From a virus, in IMG/VR virus record IMGVR_UViG_3300021255_000080: 64,000 nt of DNA; one strand, 5' to 3'. A program made the translations under genes and the position numbers. The first letter of the stretch is position 1. Every line of letters starts with the position of its first letter. Positions 1 through 8,981 of this stretch are shown in pieces. Under the pieces are notes generated by a model that was given only the letters and a program-made list of their open reading frames with translations, was not told the origin of the DNA and searched no databases.

Positions 1-609
1 AACTCGCCGCGGTTGGTGAGCATCGTGATGGTGTCGTACTTGCCCGCGACCTCCCTGGCCGTGGCCCTCACGTCGTTCTGGATCACCGTCGAGGTGAAGT
101 TCTCCTGCGTGCCGTAGTCGATGTAGAGCTGCGTGGCCGCGTCCGCGTCGAGGGAGTAAACCACCTGCAAGTCGATGTCGGAGGACGCGCCGCCCTTGTC
201 GTTGACGGTCACGCACGAGCCATCGGCCTTGCCGCCGTCGTAGGAGTACTCGGCATCCCTGTACAGGTTGACGAGGTTGTTCCTCACGTCGTAGCGCACC
301 GTGCTCTGCCAGGGGGCCTTGACGTGGAATCCCGCGCCGTCGGTGTAGCCCGCGAGCGATCCGCCCCAGTTCCGCAGCACGACCACGTCCCCCGCGTCCT
401 GGGCGTACACGCAGGACGCTACCAGGGCCACGGCGCAGATCGCGGCGGGTATCAGCGCCCATTTGCCCGTGATGGGGGTGAAGTCGTACATGGTCCGCCA
501 TTCCTCGCTGTGGCTGTCGAACCTCCGCTTGCGCTCCTTGTTGACGTACCTGATCGCGGCCACCGCGGCGACGGTCGCGACCGCCATGAAGATTGCGATT
601 ACGAACATG
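1..609 (-). CDS. SPFH/band-7 (prohibitin/HflC-like) membrane protein, N-terminal part; gene runs off the window start
   Basis: Manual reverse-strand translation from ATG at 607-609 (RBS AGGAGGG). MFVIAIFMAVATVAAVAAIRYVNK... (one TM helix) then DAGDVVVLRNWGGSLAGYTDGAGFHVKAPWQSTVRYDVRNNLVNLY...LQVVYSLDADAATQLYIDYG...VRATAREVAGKYDTITMLTNRGE, the SPFH core pattern. No stop before position 1. Confidence 0.55.
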
Positions 610-616
610 TTCCCTC

Positions 617-931
617 CTAACCGAGGAAGCTGTCGAGCTTCGTCTGCTCCGCAGCCGTCCCCTTGAGCCATCTCATGATGTGTCCGAACAGCGACCCCTG
701 CTCTGCGACGAGCTGGTGGCGCTGCCTGAACAGCTTGCCCTCGGCGTCGTAGTTGTGGAAGCCCTCCGCGTCGACGATGCCTTCCTTGAGCTGCAGCTCG
801 ATGTCGGCGATGCGGTCCTCGTTCCACTTGTAGTGCTCGAACTGGGCGATCACGAACTCTCTCTGCGCCGGGTCGAGGCTCTTCACCTGCTTTTGCAGCG
901 CCGCCTCCAGCTCCTTCGTGTTACCTGCCAT
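617..931 (-). CDS. P27-family terminase small subunit-like protein (paralogue A)
   Basis: 104 aa; RBS AAAGGAG. Motif LDPAQREFVIAQFEHYKWNEDRIADIELQLKEGIV matches the P27 TerS core (…Y..W.......L.KEGLVV). Sits 10 nt downstream of the HNH gene. Confidence 0.55.
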   Translation of the reverse strand: MAGNTKELEAALQKQVKSLDPAQREFVIAQFEHYKWNEDRIADIELQLKEGIVDAEGFHNYDAEGKLFRQRHQLVAEQGSLFGHIMRWLKGTAAEQTKLDSFLG

Positions 932-941
932 GAATCTCCTT

Positions 942-1310
942 TCATCCTCGCCGGCCCGTGGGACGCCTCACCACGTTGCCGTCAGCGTCGAACCCGACCC
1001 TGGGCTCGTCTTCCTTCCTGCCGTTCATCGCGCCCACGCCGAGCATCCTGTGCACCTCCGTGTGGCAGTCGTCGCACAGTGCGATCAGCCTGTCCGGGTT
1101 GAGGGAGATGTCGGGGTCGTCGACGTTCTCGGGCGTGAGCGGGATTTTGTGGTGCACGACGTCGGCGGGTTTCAGCTCGCCCATCTCCATGCACCTCTCG
1201 CAAAGGCCGTGCGACCTGTCGATGACGACGCCCCTCGCGTTCTGCCACGCCTTGGTGTGGTAGAACTTGCGGGCGAACGGCGTGTTTCGCCATGTGGGGG
1301 TCCTCGTCAT
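942..1310 (-). CDS. HNH endonuclease (phage packaging-associated)
   Basis: Real start MTRTPTWRN... within the longer ORF. CERC...HHKIP...NL.ALCDDCHTEVH is a His-Me finger/HNH signature. Classic HNH-TerS neighbourhood. Confidence 0.75.
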   Translation of the reverse strand: MTRTPTWRNTPFARKFYHTKAWQNARGVVIDRSHGLCERCMEMGELKPADVVHHKIPLTPENVDDPDISLNPDRLIALCDDCHTEVHRMLGVGAMNGRKEDEPRVGFDADGNVVRRPTGRRG

Positions 1311-1618
1311 CGACCCGCCCTGCCTGTGTTGACGATTCTTCCGCTGAAGCATGCCCTGTAGTCCGGGTCGCAAACCGTCTTCCAGACGATGCCGTCCGTG
1401 TACAGTTGTATGGCTTCACCCGAGTCCAGTGTCACGTTTTCGATTTCCAGGTCGAACTCGAACGAGTAACCTCCATGCTCGAACTTCAAGGTCACCGTTC
1501 TTCCCAGGGCGAGACTCAACGATTCGGGCGCTGGCTCGATTACCGTCCCGCAGTATTCGCAGTAGACTCCTTGCCCGAAAGTCAGGACGCCACCGCAGTT
1601 AGGGCAGTTCTTCAACAT
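1307..1618 (-). CDS. zinc-ribbon hypothetical protein
   Basis: MLKNCPNCGG...YCEYCGT (CxxC...CxxC). RBS GGAG. The N-terminal Arg-rich extension of the table ORF overlaps the upstream gene and is rejected. Confidence 0.45.
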   Translation of the reverse strand: MLKNCPNCGGVLTFGQGVYCEYCGTVIEPAPESLSLALGRTVTLKFEHGGYSFEFDLEIENVTLDSGEAIQLYTDGIVWKTVCDPDYRACFSGRIVNTGRAGR

Positions 1619-1836
1619 CACCACTCCTGCGCGTAGTTGGAGGGGCCGTAGCTCATCGCGGGCTTCGGGGGCTCGAACTCGCCGCACCAGTCGTACGGTC
1701 CGCATACCGGGAACGCCGACACCAGGAACCCCTCGCCGTCGACGCCGCCGAGCTGGATGGCGTGCCTGTGGCATTCGAGCAGGGAGGGGCTGTCCTCGAT
1801 GCCGACGCTGTACTTGCAGCTAGAGCAGGTCTTCAC
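1618..1836 (-). CDS. hypothetical Cys-rich small protein (GTG start)
   Basis: GTG preceded by GGGAGGAG. VKTCSSCKYS...CHRH...CGPYDWCG. Overlaps the upstream stop. Confidence 0.35.
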   Translation of the reverse strand: MKTCSSCKYSVGIEDSPSLLECHRHAIQLGGVDGEGFLVSAFPVCGPYDWCGEFEPPKPAMSYGPSNYAQEW

Positions 1837-2044
1837 GCTCGTTCTCCTCCCTGATTCTCTCGGCAAGCTCCCCTAGGAGCCTCTGACCCTCCGGGGTGAT
1901 GTCGACGGGCATGCACCCCCCGAACGGCACGAGCAGGTCGACGTCCCACGGGGTCGCGTAGTCGCACATGTCGTCCGCCGTGAGGCCGACGCTCTCGCCG
2001 ATGGGGACGAGGTCCCCGTCCTGGAATCCGATGAAGCCGTCCAT
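1833..2044 (-). CDS. hypothetical protein
   Basis: 70-aa acidic ORF immediately downstream of TerL on the same strand, with normal composition. Confidence 0.4.
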
Positions 2045-2053
2045 AGGTCCTCC

Positions 2054-3739
2054 TTACAGGTTCGCCATGTACTCGTCCCTGTGCAGGGACAGCGCAATGT
2101 AGGCGCATATCTCGGCCATGAAGCCGTCGATGCGGTTCTTCGCCTTGCCGGCCATCTTCACGGGCTGGATGTTCGCGTTCACGTCGGTCTTTATCGAGAC
2201 GTTCATGCGGCACCACTCGTCTATGGGGTTGTGGTTGGACACCACGAGGCTTCCCGCGAGCTGGGCGCGGAACTCCTTCATCGGGGCGGAGAGCGTCTTG
2301 GGGCCCTGCCTGACGGCGATGCAGCGCTCCTTGCCAACGTACTGCACGAGCGCCTCCTCGTCGGTCCCTATGACGTGCCAGGGGTCGTAGCCCAGGGCGA
2401 AGGTGTACACGTCGTAGTTCTGCTTGATCTCCTCGAGCCAGTCGAGGAACACCCGCTTGGGGACCGTGTTCCCGGGGACGGTGCGAAGCAGGCCCCTCTC
2501 GGCCCACTGGCGGTAGGGGACGTCGTCGCGCTCGCGCCTGTAGCCGTCCCCGTAGTTGAGCGCGTCCTCGGGGAGCCAGTACATCGACAGCTCGTATATC
2601 TTCGGGTCGTCGGGCCTCATCATGAGCATCTTCGCCGCGGAGAGGTCGGTGGTGTCTGACGCGTCGAAGCCGGCTATGCCGTAGCGGAAGCCCATCTGCG
2701 ATATGTCGAACGTCTCCTCGTTGACCGCCTCTTCGAACGTGAGCCACGCCGCGGCCCTCGACTCGGGCATGTTGAAGTCCTTGGTCATCAGGGTGGGCAG
2801 GAAGCTGGGGTCCTGCATGCCCTTGTTGACCGCGCCCTTCATGTAGTCCCACGATTTCACGGTGCCGAGGCCGGGGTTGGCCTTCATCCAGCACTTGTCG
2901 TCGAGCCACTCGCTGCGGTCGTCCAGCTCGTAGATGATGGGCAGCATGCGGTCGTCCTCTATCTTGCCGTCCAGGATGCCGCATGCGTAGTCGTACTGGT
3001 CGTCGAACAGGTTCTCCCGCTCGAAGCCGTTGGTGGTGATCGCCATGATCATGGGCTGCGACCTGGCGCCCATGCCCTGCTTGATGAGGTCGTACTGGTC
3101 GCGGTTGGTCGACGCGGCCATCTCGTCGAACAGGCAGAAGTGCACGTCCAGGCCGTCGAGATGGCGCGTCTGGTTGGTGAGCGGCGTGATGTAGCCGAAG
3201 TTCCTCTCGAACTTGATGCCGTCCTGGTCGCGCTCGGGAACCGTGCCCTTGACCAGGACCTTCGACAGGTCGGGGGACTGCTTCACCATCTTGAGGACGG
3301 CACCGTACGCGAGCGACGCCTGGTCCTTCGATGTCGCCACGTTGTATATCTGCGGTGCCCCCTCGCCGTCGGCTACGAGCATGTACAGCTCTATGGCGGC
3401 CCCGAGGCTCGTCTTCCCATTCTTCCTGGCGAACACCACGAGGACTTCTTGGAACTGCCTGAGCCCGTCGTCGTCGACGAACCCGAACGCGATTTGCAGG
3501 ACCATCTTCTCGTAGGGCTCCAGGATGAACGGCACGCCGAGCTTGCCGGACGGCAGGCAGCAGAACGTCTCGATGAACTCGACCGGGCGGTTGGCTTTCC
3601 CGTAGTCGAAGTGCCACTTCTTGTAGCCGTCCTTGAACCTGGGCAGCATCATGTCAGCGAGCTGCTTGATGCGCTTGCACGCCGTTATCTTGCCTGCCTT
3701 GACGTCGCGGAGGTATTTCTCGGCCTCGGAGACCCTCAA
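2054..3739 (-). CDS. terL: terminase large subunit (Terminase_1 type)
   Basis: 561 aa. Walker A VFARKNGKTS, Walker B/ATPase coupling LFDEMAAS, C-terminal nuclease region. Overlapping 594-aa ORF in another frame is an artefact. Confidence 0.9.
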   Translation of the reverse strand: MRVSEAEKYLRDVKAGKITACKRIKQLADMMLPRFKDGYKKWHFDYGKANRPVEFIETFCCLPSGKLGVPFILEPYEKMVLQIAFGFVDDDGLRQFQEVLVVFARKNGKTSLGAAIELYMLVADGEGAPQIYNVATSKDQASLAYGAVLKMVKQSPDLSKVLVKGTVPERDQDGIKFERNFGYITPLTNQTRHLDGLDVHFCLFDEMAASTNRDQYDLIKQGMGARSQPMIMAITTNGFERENLFDDQYDYACGILDGKIEDDRMLPIIYELDDRSEWLDDKCWMKANPGLGTVKSWDYMKGAVNKGMQDPSFLPTLMTKDFNMPESRAAAWLTFEEAVNEETFDISQMGFRYGIAGFDASDTTDLSAAKMLMMRPDDPKIYELSMYWLPEDALNYGDGYRRERDDVPYRQWAERGLLRTVPGNTVPKRVFLDWLEEIKQNYDVYTFALGYDPWHVIGTDEEALVQYVGKERCIAVRQGPKTLSAPMKEFRAQLAGSLVVSNHNPIDEWCRMNVSIKTDVNANIQPVKMAGKAKNRIDGFMAEICAYIALSLHRDEYMANL

Positions 3740-3740
3740 G

Positions 3741-3896
3741 CTATTCGTCCGCCTTCTTCTCCCAGCGCACGCAGTCCTCGGCGAAGGGCATGAATATCTG
3801 GAACTCGTTGGCGTCGCAGTCGACGATCCGGTTGCCGTTGGGGTCGAGCGACTCCATCTCCTTGTGGACGCAGTTGTCGCAGCTCTTCTCAGCCAT
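3741..3896 (-). CDS. Cys-rich mini-protein
   Basis: MAEKSCDNCVHKEMESLDPNGNRIVDCDANEFQ... RBS GGAGGAG. Only the C-terminal 51 codons of the table ORF look real. Confidence 0.4.
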   Translation of the reverse strand: MAEKSCDNCVHKEMESLDPNGNRIVDCDANEFQIFMPFAEDCVRWEKKADE

Positions 3897-3898
3897 CG

Positions 3899-4114
3899 CT
3901 ACTCCTCGCCGGTCATGTCCTCGTCGGATATCCGCTCGGCGAAGACGTGCTTCTCGGGCTCCCTCGCCTCGAACGCCCACTTGCGCGGCTCTCCGTAACG
4001 GGCGTGGCGCTTGTCGGCCGTGTGGGTGCAGGAGCCGTTCCCGTGCCACGCGCACGCCGTCTTCTCGCAGTCCGGCTTCTCGCCGTCGCACACGTACAGG
4101 TAGACCTTCTTCAC
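3899..4114 (-). CDS. Cys/His-rich mini-protein (GTG start, GTGA overlap with upstream stop)
   Basis: VKKVYLYVCDGEKPDCEKTACAWHGNGSCTHTADKRH... RBS GGGAGG. Confidence 0.4.
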   Translation of the reverse strand: MKKVYLYVCDGEKPDCEKTACAWHGNGSCTHTADKRHARYGEPRKWAFEAREPEKHVFAERISDEDMTGEE

Positions 4115-4410
4115 TTCCGCCTCCCGTCGTCGAGCAGGTCGAACAGGTCGGCCGAGATCCTGCTGTTGGCTATCGCGAGCTGGTTTCTCTCGTAGGAGAG
4201 CCCCGACCTCTCCGCCTGCTTCATGCGGACCGCCTCGCGGGTCGCGCATGGCGCCGCGTTGAGCGCGTCCGTGCGGGCGTCTATCTCTGATATGCGGGCC
4301 CTGTTCCTCCTGTAGTCGGAGAGCTGGGAGAGGACTATCTCCCGCTGCGCGTCGTTGAGGCTCTCGAGCTGTTCCTCAACGGCGCGTTCCAGCTTCGTCT
4401 TGGTAGCCAA
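4111..4410 (-). CDS. P27-family terminase small subunit-like protein (paralogue B), probably TTG-started at 4410
   Basis: LNDAQREIVLSQLSDYRRNRARISEIDARTDAL is paralogous to 617-931. The longest ORF starts at TTG 4476 but would translate the 20-bp tandem repeat. Inner TTG at 4410 has RBS GGAAGGAA. Confidence 0.5.
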   Translation of the reverse strand: MATKTKLERAVEEQLESLNDAQREIVLSQLSDYRRNRARISEIDARTDALNAAPCATREAVRMKQAERSGLSYERNQLAIANSRISADLFDLLDDGRRK

Positions 4411-4424
4411 TCCGTTCCTTCCCG

Positions 4425-4464
4425 AAATCGCCCGATATCGCCCCAAATCGCCCGATATCGCCCT
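4425..4464. repeat. two tandem 20-bp direct repeats, AAATCGCCCGATATCGCCC(C/T), in the terminase/portal divergent region
   Basis: Read directly: 4425-4444 and 4445-4464 differ only in the last base. Each contains the GATATC palindrome. Confidence 0.8.
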
Positions 4465-4494
4465 AGCCGTTGTCAAGGTTCAGAAGTCCCAAAC

Positions 4495-5871
4495 ATGGGA
4501 CATACAATGTCGAAGCAAGTGTACCACATTCGGGACTCTAAGGAACCAATGGGCAAAATCCTCGACAAGATACTCGGACGCGGCTACGAGCCGAAGGCGG
4601 CCGCGGTCGAGACGGTCGGCACCAGGCCGTACACGACCGGGTGGAACAGCTCCATGTACCAGCAGGTCCTCGTGCGCAGCGTCATCGAGCGCTTCGCCGT
4701 CGCCTGCTCGAAGCTGAAGCCCGAGATCGAGGGGAAGGCCCGCCCGCGCGTGCGGAGGGCCATCGAGACGTGCCCCAACCAGTTCCAGACCTGGCCGCAG
4801 TTCCTCTACCGGTGCGCGACCCTCTACATGAACAACACGACGGTGTGCGTCGTGCCGGTCTACAAGCCGGGCACCCAGGTGCAGATCGGGTACTACCCGG
4901 TGCCCCTGGCGAGCGCCGAGGTCGTGGAGTACGGGGGCGAGTACTGGCTCAGGTGGACGACGCCCGACGGGGACGTGAGGGCGATCGAGCTCAAGAAGGT
5001 CGCCATCGTCACGCGCTTCCAGTACGTGAGCGACTGGTTCGGCGACGGGAACATCCTCGCCAACACCCTCTCGATGCTCAAGGCCCAGGAGGACGCGCAG
5101 AAGCAGTCCATCAACGACTCGGCCCAGGTGCGCTTCATAGGCCAGCTCAACGGCCAGGTGCGCGAGGAGGACATGGTCAAGAAGCGCGACCGCTTCGCCG
5201 AGCAGAACCTCTCCGGCAGCAACGAGACGCCGCTCATGGTCTACGACAACACCTTCGCCTCCATCGACCAGCTCAAGGCCCAGAACTGGACAATCCCGAG
5301 CGACGAGATGGAGCGCATCGAGAACAACGTCTTCGACTACTTCGGCACCAACCGCAAGATCCTGCAGAACTCGTACGACGAGAACGCGTGGGACGCCTTC
5401 TACGAGGGCTGCATCGAGCCGTTCGCCCTGGCGCTGGGCGAGGCGATGACCCAGGCCACCTTCACGATGAGGGAGCGCCCGGCCAACCGCATCATGTTCA
5501 GCTCGAACCGCCTCGAGTACGCGTCCGCCGCATCCAAGCGAAACATGAACAAGGACATGACCGACCGCGCGATCATGACGGTCAACGAGGGCCGCGAGAT
5601 GCTGCAGCTCAAGCCCGTCGACGGCGGGGACATCTTCATCCTCCGCGGCGAGTACAAGGTCGGCCACACCCTCGAGGAGATATTCCAGGCGCAGAAGGCG
5701 CAGGCGGAGGCCCAGTCCTCCGGGAGGCTCGTCAACCAGGAGAACGACGAGGACGGCGCCGACGCCGACATCCAGCGCCCCGATTCCGAGGGCTTCGGCA
5801 GCCCCGGAGACACGGACTCGGGCGACGTCACGACCACGACACAGGACAGGTGGAGCGAAAATGCCGACTAA
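4495..5871 (+). CDS. portal protein
   Basis: 458 aa with normal composition (not similarity-tested). Position directly upstream of prohead protease and capsid. The 502-aa antisense ORF is an artefact. Confidence 0.85.
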   Translation: MGHTMSKQVYHIRDSKEPMGKILDKILGRGYEPKAAAVETVGTRPYTTGWNSSMYQQVLVRSVIERFAVACSKLKPEIEGKARPRVRRAIETCPNQFQTWPQFLYRCATLYMNNTTVCVVPVYKPGTQVQIGYYPVPLASAEVVEYGGEYWLRWTTPDGDVRAIELKKVAIVTRFQYVSDWFGDGNILANTLSMLKAQEDAQKQSINDSAQVRFIGQLNGQVREEDMVKKRDRFAEQNLSGSNETPLMVYDNTFASIDQLKAQNWTIPSDEMERIENNVFDYFGTNRKILQNSYDENAWDAFYEGCIEPFALALGEAMTQATFTMRERPANRIMFSSNRLEYASAASKRNMNKDMTDRAIMTVNEGREMLQLKPVDGGDIFILRGEYKVGHTLEEIFQAQKAQAEAQSSGRLVNQENDEDGADADIQRPDSEGFGSPGDTDSGDVTTTTQDRWSENAD

Positions 5872-6547
5872 GCCAGAAGAGAGACAGTACCGCATGATGA
5901 GCACCCCGCTCTTCGTCCCGATGGGCGAGGTCGAGGTGGAATACGACGACGAAGGCAACGAGGTCGAGAAGCCTCGGAACCGATTCAACAGCGAGTGCTA
6001 CGTCGAGGGATATGCAACCACGTTCGAAGACCCTTACGTTCTCTTCGAGGACGCCGACGGCTGGAAGTACGTCGAGATCATCGACCGTCACGCCCTTGAC
6101 GACGCCGACCTCTCCGACGTGATTTTCCAGTACGACCACGAGGGCAGGGTCTACGCCCGCAACACGAACAACACGCTGTACTTCGAAGCCAACGACCACG
6201 GCTTCTTCATTGCAGCCGACCTTTCCAAAACCCAGAATTCCCGCTCGATGTACGAGGACATCCAGGTTGGGAACGTCACCCGCATGAGCTGGGCGTTCAT
6301 CCCGTCTGAAGAGACCTACAACATCGACCACGAGAACAGGGTATTCACCACGCGGATTACACGGGTGTCGAAGGTCTACGACGTTTCGGCCGTGTCTTAC
6401 CCCGCCGATCCGAATACAGAAATCAGCGCACGCCATCTCGTTAACGGAGAGATCGAGGCACGGCGGCTGCGGGAGTCGCAGCAGCGCGAACTTGACCGCA
6501 AGCGCAAGGAGGTTGCGCTCAAGGCCAAGAGAATGCAAATCCGTTAG
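5861..6547 (+). CDS. prohead (HK97 gp4-like) serine protease
   Basis: 228 aa between portal and capsid; basic coiled C-terminus. Typical head-maturation protease placement. Confidence 0.75.
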   Translation: MPTKPEERQYRMMSTPLFVPMGEVEVEYDDEGNEVEKPRNRFNSECYVEGYATTFEDPYVLFEDADGWKYVEIIDRHALDDADLSDVIFQYDHEGRVYARNTNNTLYFEANDHGFFIAADLSKTQNSRSMYEDIQVGNVTRMSWAFIPSEETYNIDHENRVFTTRITRVSKVYDVSAVSYPADPNTEISARHLVNGEIEARRLRESQQRELDRKRKEVALKAKRMQIR

Positions 6548-6561
6548 CGAAAGGAGAAGTC

Positions 6562-7842
6562 ATGGACTTCACCGCAATGGACGCTCGGGCCTACCGCGGC
6601 CTGAACGCCGACCAGTACCAGGAGCGCCGCTCCCTGGTCCTGTCCCTGGCAGAGAACCTGCCCGAGGACGCCACCGAGGAGCAGATTCGCTCCATCGACG
6701 AGGAGATGGGCCTCATCAAGTCCGAGGACTCCCGCCGCGACGCCATGGTCGAGCTGCGCAACCACAAGGCAGCCGAGGTCATCGGCGGCGCTGGCAAGGT
6801 CGTCGGCGCGTCCGAGCCCGAGCACCGCGTCTCCGTCAAGAAGGACAACTCCCTCGGCGCACGCGCATGGGATGCCCTGCAGGAGCGCGGCCTGAGCCGC
6901 GACGAGCGCTTCCAGCTCTCCAACATCTCGTTCCGCGCAGCGGCCGACACCCAGCTCGTCGGCGACCTCGGCAAGGCCGACTCGCCGAACTACTTCGACG
7001 AGACCCTGACGCTGGTCGACCCGACCATCCGCGAGGGCTACCGCCGTCCGCTGACCATCTGGGAGCTGTTCAACCACGAGATGACCGACAAGGACTCCGT
7101 GGCATGGTACACCGAGGGCGCGTTCGAGGGTTCCGCGGCCATGACCGCCGAAGCCGGCGCGTTCGCCCAGATCCACGTCGCCGAGCCCGTCCGTCACTCG
7201 ACCGAGCTGAAGAAGGTCACGTCGATCTGGAAGCAGTCCGACGAGATCCTCTCCGACGCCCCGCGCTTCGTGTCCCACGTGAACAACCGCGCGGGCTACA
7301 ACCTCGACATCGTGGTCGAGGACCAGCTCGTTTCCGGCGACGGCGCCGGCAACAACATCACCGGCATCACCAACGCCTCCGGCATCCTCACGGACACCAC
7401 GCAGGCAGGCTACGACCTGAAGTTCATCGAGTCCCTGCTCAAGCAGAAGACGGCGATCCGCAAGGCGACGCCGAATTTCATGGTCGACACGCTGCTCGTC
7501 GCAGACGAGGACTACGACACCATGCAGACGCTCAAGAACGAGTCCGACCAGTACGTGCTGGGCGGCCCGGTCGGCCTGGTGTACGGCAACAACGTCACCG
7601 TGGGCGACATCCTGTGGCGCACCATCCGCATCGTCCCGACGCCCGCACTGACCTCCGGCACGTCCATCCTGGGCGCGTTCAAGGCCGGCGCGACCATCTA
7701 CGAGCACGTGACCGGTCGCCGCTTCGACGTGGGCTACGACGGCACGGACTTCTCGCACGGCCTGGTGAGCTTCCGCGCCTACCAGCGCTTCGCCCTCGCC
7801 GTCGAGTACCCGGCCGCGTTCTGCAAGTACACCATCGCCTAA
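6562..7842 (+). CDS. major capsid protein, HK97 fold, with N-terminal delta/scaffold domain
   Basis: 426 aa; coiled-coil delta region (~100 aa) then capsid core. Position in head module. Confidence 0.85.
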   Translation: MDFTAMDARAYRGLNADQYQERRSLVLSLAENLPEDATEEQIRSIDEEMGLIKSEDSRRDAMVELRNHKAAEVIGGAGKVVGASEPEHRVSVKKDNSLGARAWDALQERGLSRDERFQLSNISFRAAADTQLVGDLGKADSPNYFDETLTLVDPTIREGYRRPLTIWELFNHEMTDKDSVAWYTEGAFEGSAAMTAEAGAFAQIHVAEPVRHSTELKKVTSIWKQSDEILSDAPRFVSHVNNRAGYNLDIVVEDQLVSGDGAGNNITGITNASGILTDTTQAGYDLKFIESLLKQKTAIRKATPNFMVDTLLVADEDYDTMQTLKNESDQYVLGGPVGLVYGNNVTVGDILWRTIRIVPTPALTSGTSILGAFKAGATIYEHVTGRRFDVGYDGTDFSHGLVSFRAYQRFALAVEYPAAFCKYTIA

Positions 7843-7853
7843 GGAAGGCTCAA

Positions 7854-8024
7854 ATGGGACCTTTGAAGAACTACAAGCTGCCTGACGGCACGACCCGGCA
7901 GTACCGCGAGGGCGAGCAGCCCGCCGGCTCAGCCGAGGTCGCCATCGCCGCGAAGCAGACTCCCGAGAGCCGCGCGGCCAAGGCTCCCGCCAAGCGCCGC
8001 GCCTCCAAGAAGGAGGCCGAGTAA
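7854..8024 (+). CDS. small hypothetical protein
   Basis: RBS AAGGAAGG; 56 aa with basic tail. Confidence 0.35.
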   Translation: MGPLKNYKLPDGTTRQYREGEQPAGSAEVAIAAKQTPESRAAKAPAKRRASKKEAE

Positions 8025-8221
8025 TGGCAGCTTCCAAGCACGTACGCGCCCTCCGGCCGTTCTACGACGAGAGGGAGCGCGTCAACCGCGAGGCCGGCGA
8101 GGAGTTCGACGTGACGGCGACCCGTCTCGGCGAGCTCAACGCCTGCGGGCTCGAGCAGTGCTTCGCGCCCCTCGTCGAGGAGGTCGCACGGAAGCGCGAA
8201 CCCGAAGGAGACGGAGAGTAA
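8024..8221 (+). CDS. hypothetical protein
   Basis: 65-aa ORF with ATGA overlap. Confidence 0.4.
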   Translation: MAASKHVRALRPFYDERERVNREAGEEFDVTATRLGELNACGLEQCFAPLVEEVARKREPEGDGE

Positions 8222-8623
8222 GTGGCGCTGCTCGACGACATAAAGCAGGCGCTCAGGGTCGTGACCACCGCGGTCGACGGCGAAGTCGAAACCCTCGTCG
8301 GGGCCGCGCTCTACGACATGGAGAGGGTGGGGGTCAACCCCGCCCTCCTGAAGCTGGACGACGAGGGAAACCTCGAGACCGGCAACAAGTTCGTGAAGCA
8401 GGCCGTCACGTCCTACTGCAAGGCGCAGTTCGGCTACGACAACGCCGAGGCGTACCGCTTCGAGGCCGCCTACTACCGCATCGTATGCGACCTGCTCAAC
8501 TCGTCGGAGAACATCGCGGCGATGGAAGAGGAGGAAGCAGATGGCGTGGATCCCGTACCGGAGGAAGGGACGGGGGACGGGCAGGGACTGGGAGCACCAT
8601 CCCCGGTCGACGGGGGCGAGTAG
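8222..8623 (+). CDS. head-tail connector (gp6-like)
   Basis: GTG start. LLDDIKQALRV...ALYDMERVGVN pattern; acidic C-terminus. Confidence 0.6.
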   Translation: MALLDDIKQALRVVTTAVDGEVETLVGAALYDMERVGVNPALLKLDDEGNLETGNKFVKQAVTSYCKAQFGYDNAEAYRFEAAYYRIVCDLLNSSENIAAMEEEEADGVDPVPEEGTGDGQGLGAPSPVDGGE

Positions 8624-8624
8624 C

Positions 8625-8981
8625 TTGCGCTGGAACGAGACATGCACGCTCGTCGACAAGGCCTACCAGGTCGACGACGAGGGCGTGCCGCAGCCGGTCG
8701 ACAAGCGAACCGAGGTGTTCTGCAACCCGCGCACCGTCGGCGCCCACGTCTGGTCCTCGATGTACGAGATCGGCATCTCCGCCGACGCCCAGATACAGGT
8801 GAGGACGTGCGACTACGACGAGCAGCGCGACGTCTTCTACCGGGGCAAGTGGTACTCGGTCGAGGTCGTCCAGGAGAAGGGCGACCTCTCGGTGCTGACC
8901 CTGCGCCACCAGAAATCAGACAGCGACGACGACCCGGGCTACGGGTCCGAACAGGGAGGGGAGGGAACCGATGGGCCGTAA
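8625..8981 (+). CDS. head closure / head-tail adaptor protein
   Basis: TTG start in frame. Real-looking part is LRWNETCTLVDKAYQVDDEGVP...VRTCDYDEQRDVFYRGKWYSVEVV. Upstream Arg/Gly-rich part is rejected. Confidence 0.5.
   Translation: MRWNETCTLVDKAYQVDDEGVPQPVDKRTEVFCNPRTVGAHVWSSMYEIGISADAQIQVRTCDYDEQRDVFYRGKWYSVEVVQEKGDLSVLTLRHQKSDSDDDPGYGSEQGGEGTDGP

Noticed and set aside
1833-3617. 594-aa minus ORF overlapping terL in another frame
   Set aside because: Arg/Pro/Gly-rich nonsense; terL frame has clear motifs.
4470-4507. promoter TTGTCA 20 nt before the portal start
   Set aside because: Too close to the ATG for a -35 element; no matching -10.
4480-5988. 502-aa minus-strand ORF
   Set aside because: Antisense to the portal gene; Arg/Gly/Leu-rich composition typical of GC-driven spurious ORFs.
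6544-8037. 497-aa minus ORF
   Set aside because: Antisense to capsid gene; junk composition.
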